NCBI GenBank assembly: GCA_900544755.1
Contig: UQWQ01000001.1
Span: forward strand, 1 to 58,961
Origin: an uncultured Collinsella sp.
GTDB taxonomy: Bacteria; Actinomycetota; Coriobacteriia; Coriobacteriales; Coriobacteriaceae
DNA length: 58,961 bases
Direction: 5' to 3'
Of the stretch, positions 27,594-36,127 are shown piece after piece. Positions within the stretch are counted from its first letter, which is position 1, and each line of letters begins with the position of its first letter. The notes under the pieces are model-generated. The model did not search any database, had not been told where the DNA came from, and was given only the letters and a program-made list of their open reading frames with translations. The position numbers and the translations under genes were made by a program.

Positions 27594-28682
27594 ATGGCTC
27601 ATCGCTCCGTTATTCCGTTTGGCCCGCAGCACCCGGTGCTGCCCGAGCCGCTTCATCTGGACCTGGTGATCGAGGACGACCGCGTCATCGAGGCAATTCC
27701 TCAGATCGGCTTTGTGCACCGCGGACTCGAGAAGCTCACCGAAAAGCGCGATATGCACCAGTTTGGCTACATCGCCGAGCGCATCTGCGGCATCTGCGCC
27801 GTGGGCCATAGCCATGGCTATGCCAGCGCCTGCGAGCGCATGCTCGACATCGAGGTGCCCGGCCGCGTGCAGTATATCCGCACCATTTTGCACGAGCTTT
27901 CGCGCATTCACTCGCACCTGCTGTGGCTGGGCCTGCTCGCCGATGCCTTTGGCTTCGAGGCGCTGTTCTATCGTTCGTGGACGCTGCGCGAGCAGATTCT
28001 CAAGATCTTCGAGAGCACCTGCGGCGGCCGCGTGATTCTGTCGATCAACGAGATCGGCGGCCTTAAGCACGACATCGAGGACTCCGAGCTGGCGGGCATT
28101 GTCCAGGCGCTCGACGCCATGCGCCCCGATTACGAGGCCCTGGTGCATACGTTTTTGGACGACGACAGCTGCGGTGAGCGCCTGCATAGCGTGGGCGTGA
28201 TCAGCAAGAAGGACGCGCTGGAGCTTTCGATGGTCGGCCCGTTTGGGCGCGCCTCGGGCGTGGACTACGACGTGCGCATGTTCGGCGACGGCGCCTATGC
28301 GGACCTGGCTGCATTTGAGCCCATCGTTGCCACCGACGGCGACTGCTATGCCCGCTGTCAGGTGCGTTGTGCCGAGGTCACGCAGGCCATGGACATTATT
28401 AAGGAGCTTGTCAGCAAGATCCCGCACGACGGTATCGGCGGGCGCACCAAGCTTACGCCGGCCGACGGCGCGCGCGGCGAGGTTGTGATTGAGCAGCCGC
28501 GCGGCGAGGCGTACTACTATGTGCGCGGCAACGGCACCAAGAATCTGGACCGTTTTCGCGTGCGCACGCCGACGTCGCAGAACCTGGCGGGTCTGACACA
28601 TGCGCTGCAGGGCGTGCTCCTTGCCAACGTGCCCATGATTATCCTGACCATCGACCCCTGCATTAGCTGCACGGAAAGGTAG
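27594..28682 (+). CDS. echE: Ech [NiFe] hydrogenase large subunit
   Basis: GPQHP, HRGLEK, L1 RICGIC and L2 DPCISCTER-stop (all four Ni-Fe cysteines, no cleavable C-terminal tail). Confidence 0.92.
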   Translation: MAHRSVIPFGPQHPVLPEPLHLDLVIEDDRVIEAIPQIGFVHRGLEKLTEKRDMHQFGYIAERICGICAVGHSHGYASACERMLDIEVPGRVQYIRTILHELSRIHSHLLWLGLLADAFGFEALFYRSWTLREQILKIFESTCGGRVILSINEIGGLKHDIEDSELAGIVQALDAMRPDYEALVHTFLDDDSCGERLHSVGVISKKDALELSMVGPFGRASGVDYDVRMFGDGAYADLAAFEPIVATDGDCYARCQVRCAEVTQAMDIIKELVSKIPHDGIGGRTKLTPADGARGEVVIEQPRGEAYYYVRGNGTKNLDRFRVRTPTSQNLAGLTHALQGVLLANVPMIILTIDPCISCTER

Positions 28683-28689
28683 GCGCGGC

Positions 28690-29031
28690 ATGAGTTTGCT
28701 GACATTTGCCAAGACGGCCTTGGGTTCTATGGTCAAGCAGCCGGTAACGGTGTGCTATCCGCAGGAGGGGCTGACGGCACCCGAGCGATTGCGCGGGCAT
28801 ATCGTCAATGACATGGACGTGTGCATCTGCTGCGGCATGTGCGCGCGGCGTTGCCCGGCGGGCGCGCTCGCGGTCGATCGCAAGGGCGGTACCTGGTCGA
28901 TTGACCCGTACGCCTGCGTGGTGTGCGGCGAGTGCATCGAGAGTTGTCCCAAGCACTGCCTGAGCATGGACACCGCGCGTACTCCAGTTGCGGCGGACAA
29001 GACCCCCACGGTAGAAACCAAGCCGGAATAG
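28690..29031 (+). CDS. echF: Ech 2x[4Fe-4S] subunit (NuoI-like)
   Basis: CICCGMCARRCP and CVVCGECIESCP. Confidence 0.9.
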   Translation: MSLLTFAKTALGSMVKQPVTVCYPQEGLTAPERLRGHIVNDMDVCICCGMCARRCPAGALAVDRKGGTWSIDPYACVVCGECIESCPKHCLSMDTARTPVAADKTPTVETKPE

Positions 29032-29077
29032 CTCTGGAATAGAGCTGGAATAGAGCTGGAATAGAGCTGGAATAGGG
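29023..29077 (+). repeat. 11-bp tandem repeat CTGGAATAGAG (3 perfect + 2 imperfect copies) overlapping the echF stop
   Basis: Units start at 29023, 29034, 29045, 29056, 29067. Confidence 0.9.
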
Positions 29078-29107
29078 GCCGGTGGGGCAAAATGCCCCAC
29101 CGGCCCC
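29075..29107 (+). terminator. Perfect 15-bp GC hairpin after the ech operon
   Basis: GGGGCCGGTGGGGCA-AAA-TGCCCCACCGGCCCC; no clear U-tract. Confidence 0.65.
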
Positions 29108-29138
29108 GCGCTTAAACGCGCGGTTGGGCCGTCGCAAG

Positions 29139-29790
29139 CAAAACTATGCCGGATTACGGGGCTGGATAGCGAACCTCCGACCATACAGAAAATCGCAAAA
29201 ACAAAACCGCAGGTAGACTGCTTGCTGTTTTTCAAAAATAGGGGGTATGGATGAGGGCTCCGACTTTAGCTCCGTAATCCGGCGTAGTTTTGGAATGGCA
29301 CCATATCCGTAACAGCCTTTGATCTCCCGTGGACAGAGGGAAACGGATCATTTTGGCCTTGCGAGGGCTGCCGCGTGACCCGTCTGCCACGAAATGGGCC
29401 CATCTACTACGTTTAGACGGCAGCCCTCGACCACGGCAAGTAATGTGAAATGAAAACCGCAGGTAGAACGCCTGCGATTTTTCATGAAACGCGGCTATGG
29501 TCAGGGGTATCGGGTCAAACGTAGTAGATGGGCCCATTTCGTGGCGAGCGCCGTCAGCCGATCTCCGCGGGCGGAAGAAAGCAGATCATTTTGGTCTCGC
29601 GAGGCTTGCGGAGGCGCTTGTGCAGGGCCACCCGAACAAAACTATGTCGGTTTACTACGATGAATTCGACATTTCCGACCATGACTGCATTTTTCTAAAT
29701 ATTACAAGCGTTCTACCTGCGGTTTTGCAAGCGCGCAATTTACCGTGGTCGAAGGTGGGCGATTCATCGTAGTAAACCGGCATAGTTTTG
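29139..29790. repeat. Three long inverted-repeat units (154, 160, 154 bp) at ~250-bp period
   Basis: Arms 29139-29163/29268-29292, 29386-29414/29517-29545 (perfect 29 bp) and 29637-29665/29762-29790; each has a central AAAACCGCAGGTAGA. Confidence 0.88.
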
Positions 29791-29850
29791 AAATGGCATT
29801 AAATCGGTAGCATCCATTTTGCTATGCCGGAGCGGTTGGCCGTTGGGTAA

Positions 29851-30480
29851 TTACCCTCGCAGATAGGCGATGGCGATTTGGGTGCGGTTGCGTAGCCCCA
29901 TTTTGGCTAGGATTGAGCTGATGTGGTTGCGCACCGTGCCTTCTCCCATATAAGCCGTGGCGGCAATCTCCTTGTTGTCGAGGCCGCGGGCGATGAGCTC
30001 GGCGACTTCGAACTCGCGGTCGGTCAGACCGGCAAAGGCCGCGGGCCGGCGGGTCGCACCGGCCTCAGTGTCCGCCCCATCAAAGTCGACATCCTCGATC
30101 GCCTTACCCTCGAGCACGCGTTTACCGTCCATGACCTGCGCCAACGCCGGTGGAATGGCGGCGACATCGGTTTTGATCAGATAGCCGCGGGCGCCCAGTT
30201 TAAGCGCCGACACAATGTACTCGTCATCCGAGAATGTCGTCAGAAACACCACGCGCGCCGCAGGGTCGCGCTCAAGGATCTCGCGTGCCGCCGAAAGTCC
30301 GTCGCGCCCCGGCATCTGAATGTCGAGCAGCGCGATGTCGGGCGTGTGCTCAGCGTAGAGCGCGACCGCGTCGTCGCCATTGGCGCCGGTACCCACCACC
30401 TCGATCTGCGGCTGGGCGCCTAGGATAATCTTGAGTGAATCGACTACCAAGTGGTCGTCATCGACAACTATGAGCCTCAT
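29851..30480 (-). CDS. NarL/LuxR-family response regulator (LnrK/YfiK-like)
   Basis: VVDDD, DIQMP, FLTTF, GYLIK receiver; LTDREFEV..GLDNKEIA..GTVRNHISSIL HTH. Confidence 0.93.
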   Translation of the reverse strand: MRLIVVDDDHLVVDSLKIILGAQPQIEVVGTGANGDDAVALYAEHTPDIALLDIQMPGRDGLSAAREILERDPAARVVFLTTFSDDEYIVSALKLGARGYLIKTDVAAIPPALAQVMDGKRVLEGKAIEDVDFDGADTEAGATRRPAAFAGLTDREFEVAELIARGLDNKEIAATAYMGEGTVRNHISSILAKMGLRNRTQIAIAYLRG

Positions 30481-31622
30481 CGGGTCTCATCTCCTTGCTG
30501 TTTGGGAATGGTGGCAAACACGCGCCAGCCATGGGAGCCGGCGCGCGGACCGGCGGTGAAGGTGCCGCCCAACGCCTCGACTCGCTCGCGCATGGAGGCG
30601 AGTCCCATGCCTTCTGCGGCGCCGCGGCCGCTTGCTTGAACCCCGCCCGCGCCATCGTCGCTAACAATGAGCTGGTAAAACGACGGATGCTCCATGCACC
30701 GCACGGTAATGGTTTTGGCATGGGCGTGGCGCATGGCGTTGGAAAGCGCCTCGCGCAGCACCGCCGCAAAGCAGTTGGCGACGTTGGCGGGCGCATGCTC
30801 GGCCAAAACCTCAAGCTCAATCTGCGGACCGCTGTCCGAGCGCGCGCCTTCAACGATGCGTTCGAGCTGCACGGAGAGGTTGGTCGCATTGTCGTTGAGC
30901 GCGTGGACGCTGGCGCGCACGAGCTGGAGCGCCTCGTCAACGGTGTATTTGACGTCGGCGAAATCGGCGGCAACGCCGGGCTCGTTGGCATGGACCACGC
31001 GCAGGGCTTCGGTTTGAAGCGAAGCGCGCGTGAGCTGGTGGCCCACGTTATCGTGGATCTCGCGCGCGATGCGGGCGCGTTCGGCGAGCGTCGCGAGCTC
31101 GACTTCGTAGTCCTGGCGGTCGGCGAGGTCGCGGTTGCGTGCCTCGAGTGCCAGGGCGCGTTCTTGCAGCTTGTCGCGGGTGCGACGCATGCGTTCCTGT
31201 TCGCGCTCCAGCTGCGCGGTGCGCAGCGACAGCAACGTGGCGGCGACCGAAAGGATGGCGGTTAGCAACAGCGTTCGGGTGGTGAGCGCGCTGCAGCGAA
31301 GGTCCGTAGCAAGTGCGCAGGCAAACACGGAGCCAATTGCCAGCGCGGGCCAGATGCGTTCACGGCGCACGCGTCGCGCGATGTCATAGAGGGCGAGAGG
31401 TGCGAACGGCACAAGCGGCGGCACGAAGACAGCCGCGATGACGTAGGCGTAGCTGCCGGCCTCGCTGGCGCGACGGGCGCGTTCTCCCTGCGCGACCTCG
31501 GCCAGCGCGGCGATGACAACGCCAAGGCAAAACGCCGCGACCAGGCGAGCGTCCACAGCAAGGCCCATGGCGGCCGCAATGCAGCACGCCAGCACGATCG
31601 ATTTGTCGAATAGCCTGTTCAT
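30477..31622 (-). CDS. HisKA_3 sensor histidine kinase (LnrJ/YfiJ-like)
   Basis: N-terminal TM helices, ERARIAREIHDNVGH, EALSNAMRH, DDGAG, GMGL; start ATG 31622 lies 6 nt after TACAAT. Confidence 0.92.
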   Translation of the reverse strand: MNRLFDKSIVLACCIAAAMGLAVDARLVAAFCLGVVIAALAEVAQGERARRASEAGSYAYVIAAVFVPPLVPFAPLALYDIARRVRRERIWPALAIGSVFACALATDLRCSALTTRTLLLTAILSVAATLLSLRTAQLEREQERMRRTRDKLQERALALEARNRDLADRQDYEVELATLAERARIAREIHDNVGHQLTRASLQTEALRVVHANEPGVAADFADVKYTVDEALQLVRASVHALNDNATNLSVQLERIVEGARSDSGPQIELEVLAEHAPANVANCFAAVLREALSNAMRHAHAKTITVRCMEHPSFYQLIVSDDGAGGVQASGRGAAEGMGLASMRERVEALGGTFTAGPRAGSHGWRVFATIPKQQGDETR

Positions 31623-31736
31623 ACGGGTATTGTACGCGATGCCGCGCACGGGGGAGGCGCCACTCAAAGCAACCGTGGCATTCCTCCCACGCGGCGGGGC
31701 GGTCGCGTCAGCAGGCTACGCGACCGCCCCGCACTC

Positions 31737-31750
31737 GTGACAAAGCTCAC
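31737..31750. promoter_or_regulatory. Candidate response-regulator binding site GTGACAAAGCTCAC
   Basis: Imperfect palindrome between the divergent kinase and ABC operon. Confidence 0.4.
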
Positions 31751-31818
31751 TGGTGCGCGCCGTCAGCTCCTGCGATGATGCAATCGTACCGGGCCGCAAG
31801 CAACAGAAGGGCCGCCTC

Positions 31819-32757
31819 ATGACAGACATCGTCCACGTCGAAAACCTCGTCAAGCGCTACGACGATCTTATTGCGCTCGACCACTTTAACCTGAACATCG
31901 CCCCCGGCGAGATTTTTGGCCTGCTGGGCCCCAACGGCTCGGGCAAGACCACGTCCATCAACTGCATCCTGCAGCTGCTCGCCTACGACAAGGGCACCAT
32001 CGAGCTGTTCGGCGAGCGCATGACGCCCGCCCGCTACGACCTCAAGCGCCGCATCGGTGTGGTGCCGCAGCAGGTGGCGGTGTTCGACGAGCTCACCGTG
32101 CGCGAGAACATCGACTATTTCTGCAGTCTCTACGTCAACGACCGCAAGCGCCGCCGCGCGCTGGTGGACGAGGCGATCGACTTTGTCGGCCTGGGCGACT
32201 TTACCAAGTTCCGCCCCGGCAAGCTCTCGGGCGGCCTGACGCGTCGTCTCAACATTGCCTGCGGCATCGCGCACAAGCCCGAGCTCATCTTTTTTGACGA
32301 ACCCACGGTGGCGGTCGACCCGCAAAGCCGCAACGCCATCCTGGAGGGCATCTGCCGCCTGCGCGACGAGGGCGCCACGGTGGTGTATACCAGCCATTAC
32401 ATGGAGGAAGTCGAGCAGATCTGCAGCCGCATTATGATCATGGACGGCGGCCGCGTGCTGGCGCAGGGCACTAACGACGAGCTCAAGCGCATGATTCAGA
32501 TGGGCGAGAAGATTGTAATCGAGGTCGGCGAGGTTCCGAGTGCGGCGCTCGGTGCCGTCGCAAGCCTGCCGCACGTTCTGGACCTTTCGGCAACGGCGGG
32601 ACAGCTCACGTTTTCGTGCGAAGCGAGCCCGCACAACCTGACGGACATTCTCGATGCGCTGCGCTCGCATGACGTGCCGCTCGGCCGCATCTATTCCGAA
32701 CCGCCGACCCTCAACGACGTGTTCCTCGAGATCACCGGCCGCGAGCTGCGCGACTAG
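31819..32757 (+). CDS. ABC-2 exporter ATP-binding subunit (LnrL-like)
   Basis: GPNGSGKT, LSGG, FFDEPT, YTSHYMEE, C-terminal PTLNDVFL..TGR. Confidence 0.92.
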   Translation: MTDIVHVENLVKRYDDLIALDHFNLNIAPGEIFGLLGPNGSGKTTSINCILQLLAYDKGTIELFGERMTPARYDLKRRIGVVPQQVAVFDELTVRENIDYFCSLYVNDRKRRRALVDEAIDFVGLGDFTKFRPGKLSGGLTRRLNIACGIAHKPELIFFDEPTVAVDPQSRNAILEGICRLRDEGATVVYTSHYMEEVEQICSRIMIMDGGRVLAQGTNDELKRMIQMGEKIVIEVGEVPSAALGAVASLPHVLDLSATAGQLTFSCEASPHNLTDILDALRSHDVPLGRIYSEPPTLNDVFLEITGRELRD

Positions 32758-32766
32758 GGGGCGGCC

Positions 32767-33954
32767 ATGTTCAACACCATCATCACCACGGTCAAGACGC
32801 TGCTGCGCCGGCCGAGCACGTGGGTCTGGGGCGCTCTCTTTCCTATCGCGCTTTCCACGATGTTCATGTTTATGTTTGCGAACCTCAGCTCCGACGGCAC
32901 GGTCGACCCGGTGCCGGTTGCCGTCGTGGCGGACGAGGCCTGGGATGCCTCGACCTTTAAGGATGTGGCAGCTTCGCTTGCCAAGGCAGGCGACGATCAG
33001 CTGCTCGATGTGAGCGAGTACGAAGACTTGGCTGTCGCGCGCAAAGCGCTCAAGGCCGGCGAGGTCGCGGGCATCTATACGGTTGATGCCGCGGGCACGC
33101 CCAGGCTCACGCTGCTGTCGAGTTACGACAGCTCGCGCGCCTCGTCGGTGCTCACCGACCGCAGCATCCTTGAAACGGTGGCAAGCTCGTATACGCAAAA
33201 TGTCGAGCTCATGCGCCAGATTGCCCAGGACAACCCGGCGGTGCTCGCCGATCCGGCGGCGGTTGCGCACGCCCTGTCGCTCGAGGGCGGAACCCGCCGC
33301 GTGAGCCTGACTCGTGCCACGCCCGATGGCACGGTCATCTACTACTACGCGCTCTTTGGCCTGGTCGCGATGATGTCTGCCGAGTTTGCCGCCTTGAGCG
33401 TCGTCGATTTGCAGCCTAATCTGTCGGGCCTTGGCGCGCGCCGCTGCGTGGGCGGTCTTTCCAAGACGGCGTCGCTGGCCGGCATTTTTGTCGGCTCGTG
33501 GCTGGTTTCCTTTGCATCGATGGCGGTTGCGATCGGCCACGTGCGCCTGGTCGTGGGCGTCGACTTTGGCGGGCGCGAGGGGTTGTGCCTGCTGGGCGGG
33601 GCTGCATCCGCGCTTGCCGCCACGGGCCTGGGGCTTTTTGTGGGCACGCTTCCCGTTAAGGGCGGCAAGGCATCCAAGTCGGGCATCCTCACGGGCTTTG
33701 CCACCACGTGCGCCCTGTTCGCCGGCCTCTACGGCGAGCCGGCGATGGCGCTTGCCGACGACGTCGCCCGCGCTTGTCCGGTCGAGTGCTGGCTCAACCC
33801 CGTCAAGCTCATCTGCGACATGTTCAATCGCCTGTATTTCTTTGAGGACCTGGGGCCCTTCGCTGTTCGCGCCGGCGCGCTCGTCCTGATGGCCCTGGTG
33901 TTTGTCGCCGCCGCTACGCTGATCTTTGGAAGGAGCCGCTATGAGCACCTTTAA
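32767..33954 (+). CDS. ABC-2 permease (LnrM-like)
   Basis: One TM, a large extracellular loop, then five TM helices; in operon with the ATPase. Confidence 0.85.
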   Translation: MFNTIITTVKTLLRRPSTWVWGALFPIALSTMFMFMFANLSSDGTVDPVPVAVVADEAWDASTFKDVAASLAKAGDDQLLDVSEYEDLAVARKALKAGEVAGIYTVDAAGTPRLTLLSSYDSSRASSVLTDRSILETVASSYTQNVELMRQIAQDNPAVLADPAAVAHALSLEGGTRRVSLTRATPDGTVIYYYALFGLVAMMSAEFAALSVVDLQPNLSGLGARRCVGGLSKTASLAGIFVGSWLVSFASMAVAIGHVRLVVGVDFGGREGLCLLGGAASALAATGLGLFVGTLPVKGGKASKSGILTGFATTCALFAGLYGEPAMALADDVARACPVECWLNPVKLICDMFNRLYFFEDLGPFAVRAGALVLMALVFVAAATLIFGRSRYEHL

Positions 33955-35146
33955 GACCGCGCTTCGCATGGCGCTGGCGCACCCGTTCTACCTGCTCATC
34001 TATACGGTGTTCATCTCGCTCATGGGCGTATTCATCGCGGCTTCGGTGAGCTGGAACTCGTCGCAGCTTACCGAGTACAAGCCCTACGACACCAACGTGA
34101 TCGTGGTCGACCGCGACAATAGCGACCTTTCGCGGGCGCTTACCAAGCACCTGGGCTCACGCTTTGACCTGGTCACGGGCGTCGGCGACGACACATACGA
34201 CCTTGCCGACGCGCTCTCCAAGAGCAACAGCGCCAAGGGCAGTGCCGATTGCGTGTTCTTTATCCCGGAGGGGTTTGAGGACGATCTTGTTGCAGCCGCC
34301 CGTGCGGGGGAGGCCCTGCCCAAGCTCGACGTGACCTATGGTTCCGGCACCATGGCGGCGGCGCTTTCGTCCGCCGAGGCCTCGCGCTGGATCTCGCTCG
34401 CGGGCGCTGCGGCGGCGCTTGAACCCGCTGCCTCCAACGGTGACGTCGCAAGGGCCGCCGAGCACGCGGCCGCAAAGCGCGCGGAGGTCCAGATCGAGCA
34501 GGTCAAGGTCGACTCGACTGCTGCTACCACGCTCGAGTCGTACTTCAACTTTGGCGCGTACGCGATCATCTCGTCGGTCATCGTGTCGGTGGGACTGGTG
34601 TTTTCGGGCATGAACGAGCCCGAGCGCGTGCGCCGCATGGATGCCAGCCCGGTCTCTGAGCGCCAGCGTTCGCTCGCTGTGTTCGCGGCCGCCGCCGTGC
34701 TCGCCGTCTGCATCTGGCTCGTGTCGAGCATGATGGGCGTCGTGGGCTTTGCCGGCGCGGTTGCCGAGGTCGGCGTGGGCCGCGTGTGCCTGGCGCTGGC
34801 GGCAACGTTTGCCCTGGCGTGCACGCCGCTGGCCGTTGGCTTTACGCTGTCGAGCCTGGGCGCGCGCGAGGAGCTGCTCAACGGTGTGGGCAACCTGCTC
34901 GGCATGCTCATGACGTTTTTGGGCGGCGCCTGGATGCCGCTGTCGCTCATGGGCTCGGCCGTGCAGACGGTGGCGCACTTTGTGCCGACGTATTGGGTGA
35001 ACGACGCAATCGGCAAGGCGCTTGCCTCGGACCTGACGTCTGCCGTGTTGGGCGACATCGTCTGTGACCTGGGCGTCACCGTGCTCTTCGCCGCCGCCAT
35101 CGCCGCCGTAGGCCTAGCCCTCGCACACGCCAAATCCCACGCCTAA
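33941..35146 (+). CDS. ABC-2 permease (LnrN-like)
   Basis: GGAAGGAG RBS; VVDRDNSDLS loop motif; FLGGAWMP..HFVPTYW. Confidence 0.85.
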   Translation: MSTFKTALRMALAHPFYLLIYTVFISLMGVFIAASVSWNSSQLTEYKPYDTNVIVVDRDNSDLSRALTKHLGSRFDLVTGVGDDTYDLADALSKSNSAKGSADCVFFIPEGFEDDLVAAARAGEALPKLDVTYGSGTMAAALSSAEASRWISLAGAAAALEPAASNGDVARAAEHAAAKRAEVQIEQVKVDSTAATTLESYFNFGAYAIISSVIVSVGLVFSGMNEPERVRRMDASPVSERQRSLAVFAAAAVLAVCIWLVSSMMGVVGFAGAVAEVGVGRVCLALAATFALACTPLAVGFTLSSLGAREELLNGVGNLLGMLMTFLGGAWMPLSLMGSAVQTVAHFVPTYWVNDAIGKALASDLTSAVLGDIVCDLGVTVLFAAAIAAVGLALAHAKSHA

Positions 35147-35151
35147 CCGCC

Positions 35152-35311
35152 TAGCCATTGGGGACGTTCTTAAACGACCGGTCGCTGGGGACAGTCTTTG
35201 CCGATTCGCCGGCTCGCCGGCCGGACTGGCAAGAGCTGTCCCTGGCGGCACTCATTGGGGACAGACTTAAATGAGTGGTTTCAGTCATTTAAGTCTGTCC
35301 CCAATGACTAG
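35152..35311. repeat. Composite REP-like palindrome cluster (CATTGGGGAC.. family), left of the FtsX ABC cassette
   Basis: CATTGGGGACGTTCTTAAA, GGGGACAG..CTGTCCC, and the pair TCATTGGGGACAGACTTAAATGA / TCATTTAAGTCTGTCCCCAATGA. Confidence 0.85.
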
Positions 35312-35405
35312 TCTGAAATAAAATCCAGGCCTCGCTCCAAAAATAGTTCGCCCAGGTTTACTATTAGCCTAGAAAAGTAGCAGAAGGCTAACAACGGGGG
35401 ATAGC

Positions 35406-36119
35406 ATGGCGACAAAGCGTGCCTACGTCCAGGTCAACGGACTCAAGAAACACTACGGCGATGGAGATGCACGCCTGACGGTGCTCGACGGTATCGATAC
35501 GTCCATCAACCGCGGCGAGATCTGCGTCATGCTGGGGCCCTCGGGCTCGGGCAAGTCGACCTTTCTCAACCTGATCGGCGGCTTGGAGGATGCCGACGGC
35601 GGCTCCATCATGGTGGACGGCTGCGATCTCACGGCGCTCAAGCCCGCCGATCTGGGCGAGTACCGACGCCGCGAGCTGGGCTTTGTCTTCCAGTTCTACA
35701 ACCTGGTGCCCGACCTTACCATCAAGGAAAACATCGAGGTCACGGCGCACCTGTCCAAAAACCCGCTCAATGTCGACGATCTGCTGCGCTCGCTGGGCCT
35801 CTACGAGCACCGCAACAAGTTTCCGCGCCAGGTCTCAGGTGGCCAGCAGCAGCGCTGCGCCATCGGCCGTGCGCTCGTCAAAAATCCGGGCCTGCTGCTG
35901 TGCGATGAGCCCACGGGCGCGCTCGACTACAAGACATCCAAGGAAATCTTGCGGCTCATGGAGGATGTCAACCGCACCTACGGCTGCACCATCATCATTG
36001 TCACCCACAATGCCGCCATCGCGCGCATGGCAAATCGCGTGCTGCGCCTGCGCGACGGCCGCATCGTCGAGGACGAGCTCAACGAGTCACCCGTTGCGGC
36101 CGCCGATCTCGATTGGTAG
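35406..36119 (+). CDS. ABC ATP-binding protein (LolD/MacB type)
   Basis: [37 protein letters not shown]. Confidence 0.93.
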   Translation: MATKRAYVQVNGLKKHYGDGDARLTVLDGIDTSINRGEICVMLGPSGSGKSTFLNLIGGLEDADGGSIMVDGCDLTALKPADLGEYRRRELGFVFQFYNLVPDLTIKENIEVTAHLSKNPLNVDDLLRSLGLYEHRNKFPRQVSGGQQQRCAIGRALVKNPGLLLCDEPTGALDYKTSKEILRLMEDVNRTYGCTIIIVTHNAAIARMANRVLRLRDGRIVEDELNESPVAAADLDW

Positions 36120-36127
36120 GCGACGCC

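Noticed and set aside
23384..29031. Respiratory complex I (nuo) or Ni-free Ehr complex
   Set aside because: The large subunit keeps both CxxC Ni-Fe motifs and the gene set matches echA-F
29232..29772. Small ORFs within the 29-kb intergenic region
   Set aside because: They run through non-coding inverted repeats and lack RBS, host codon bias and motifs
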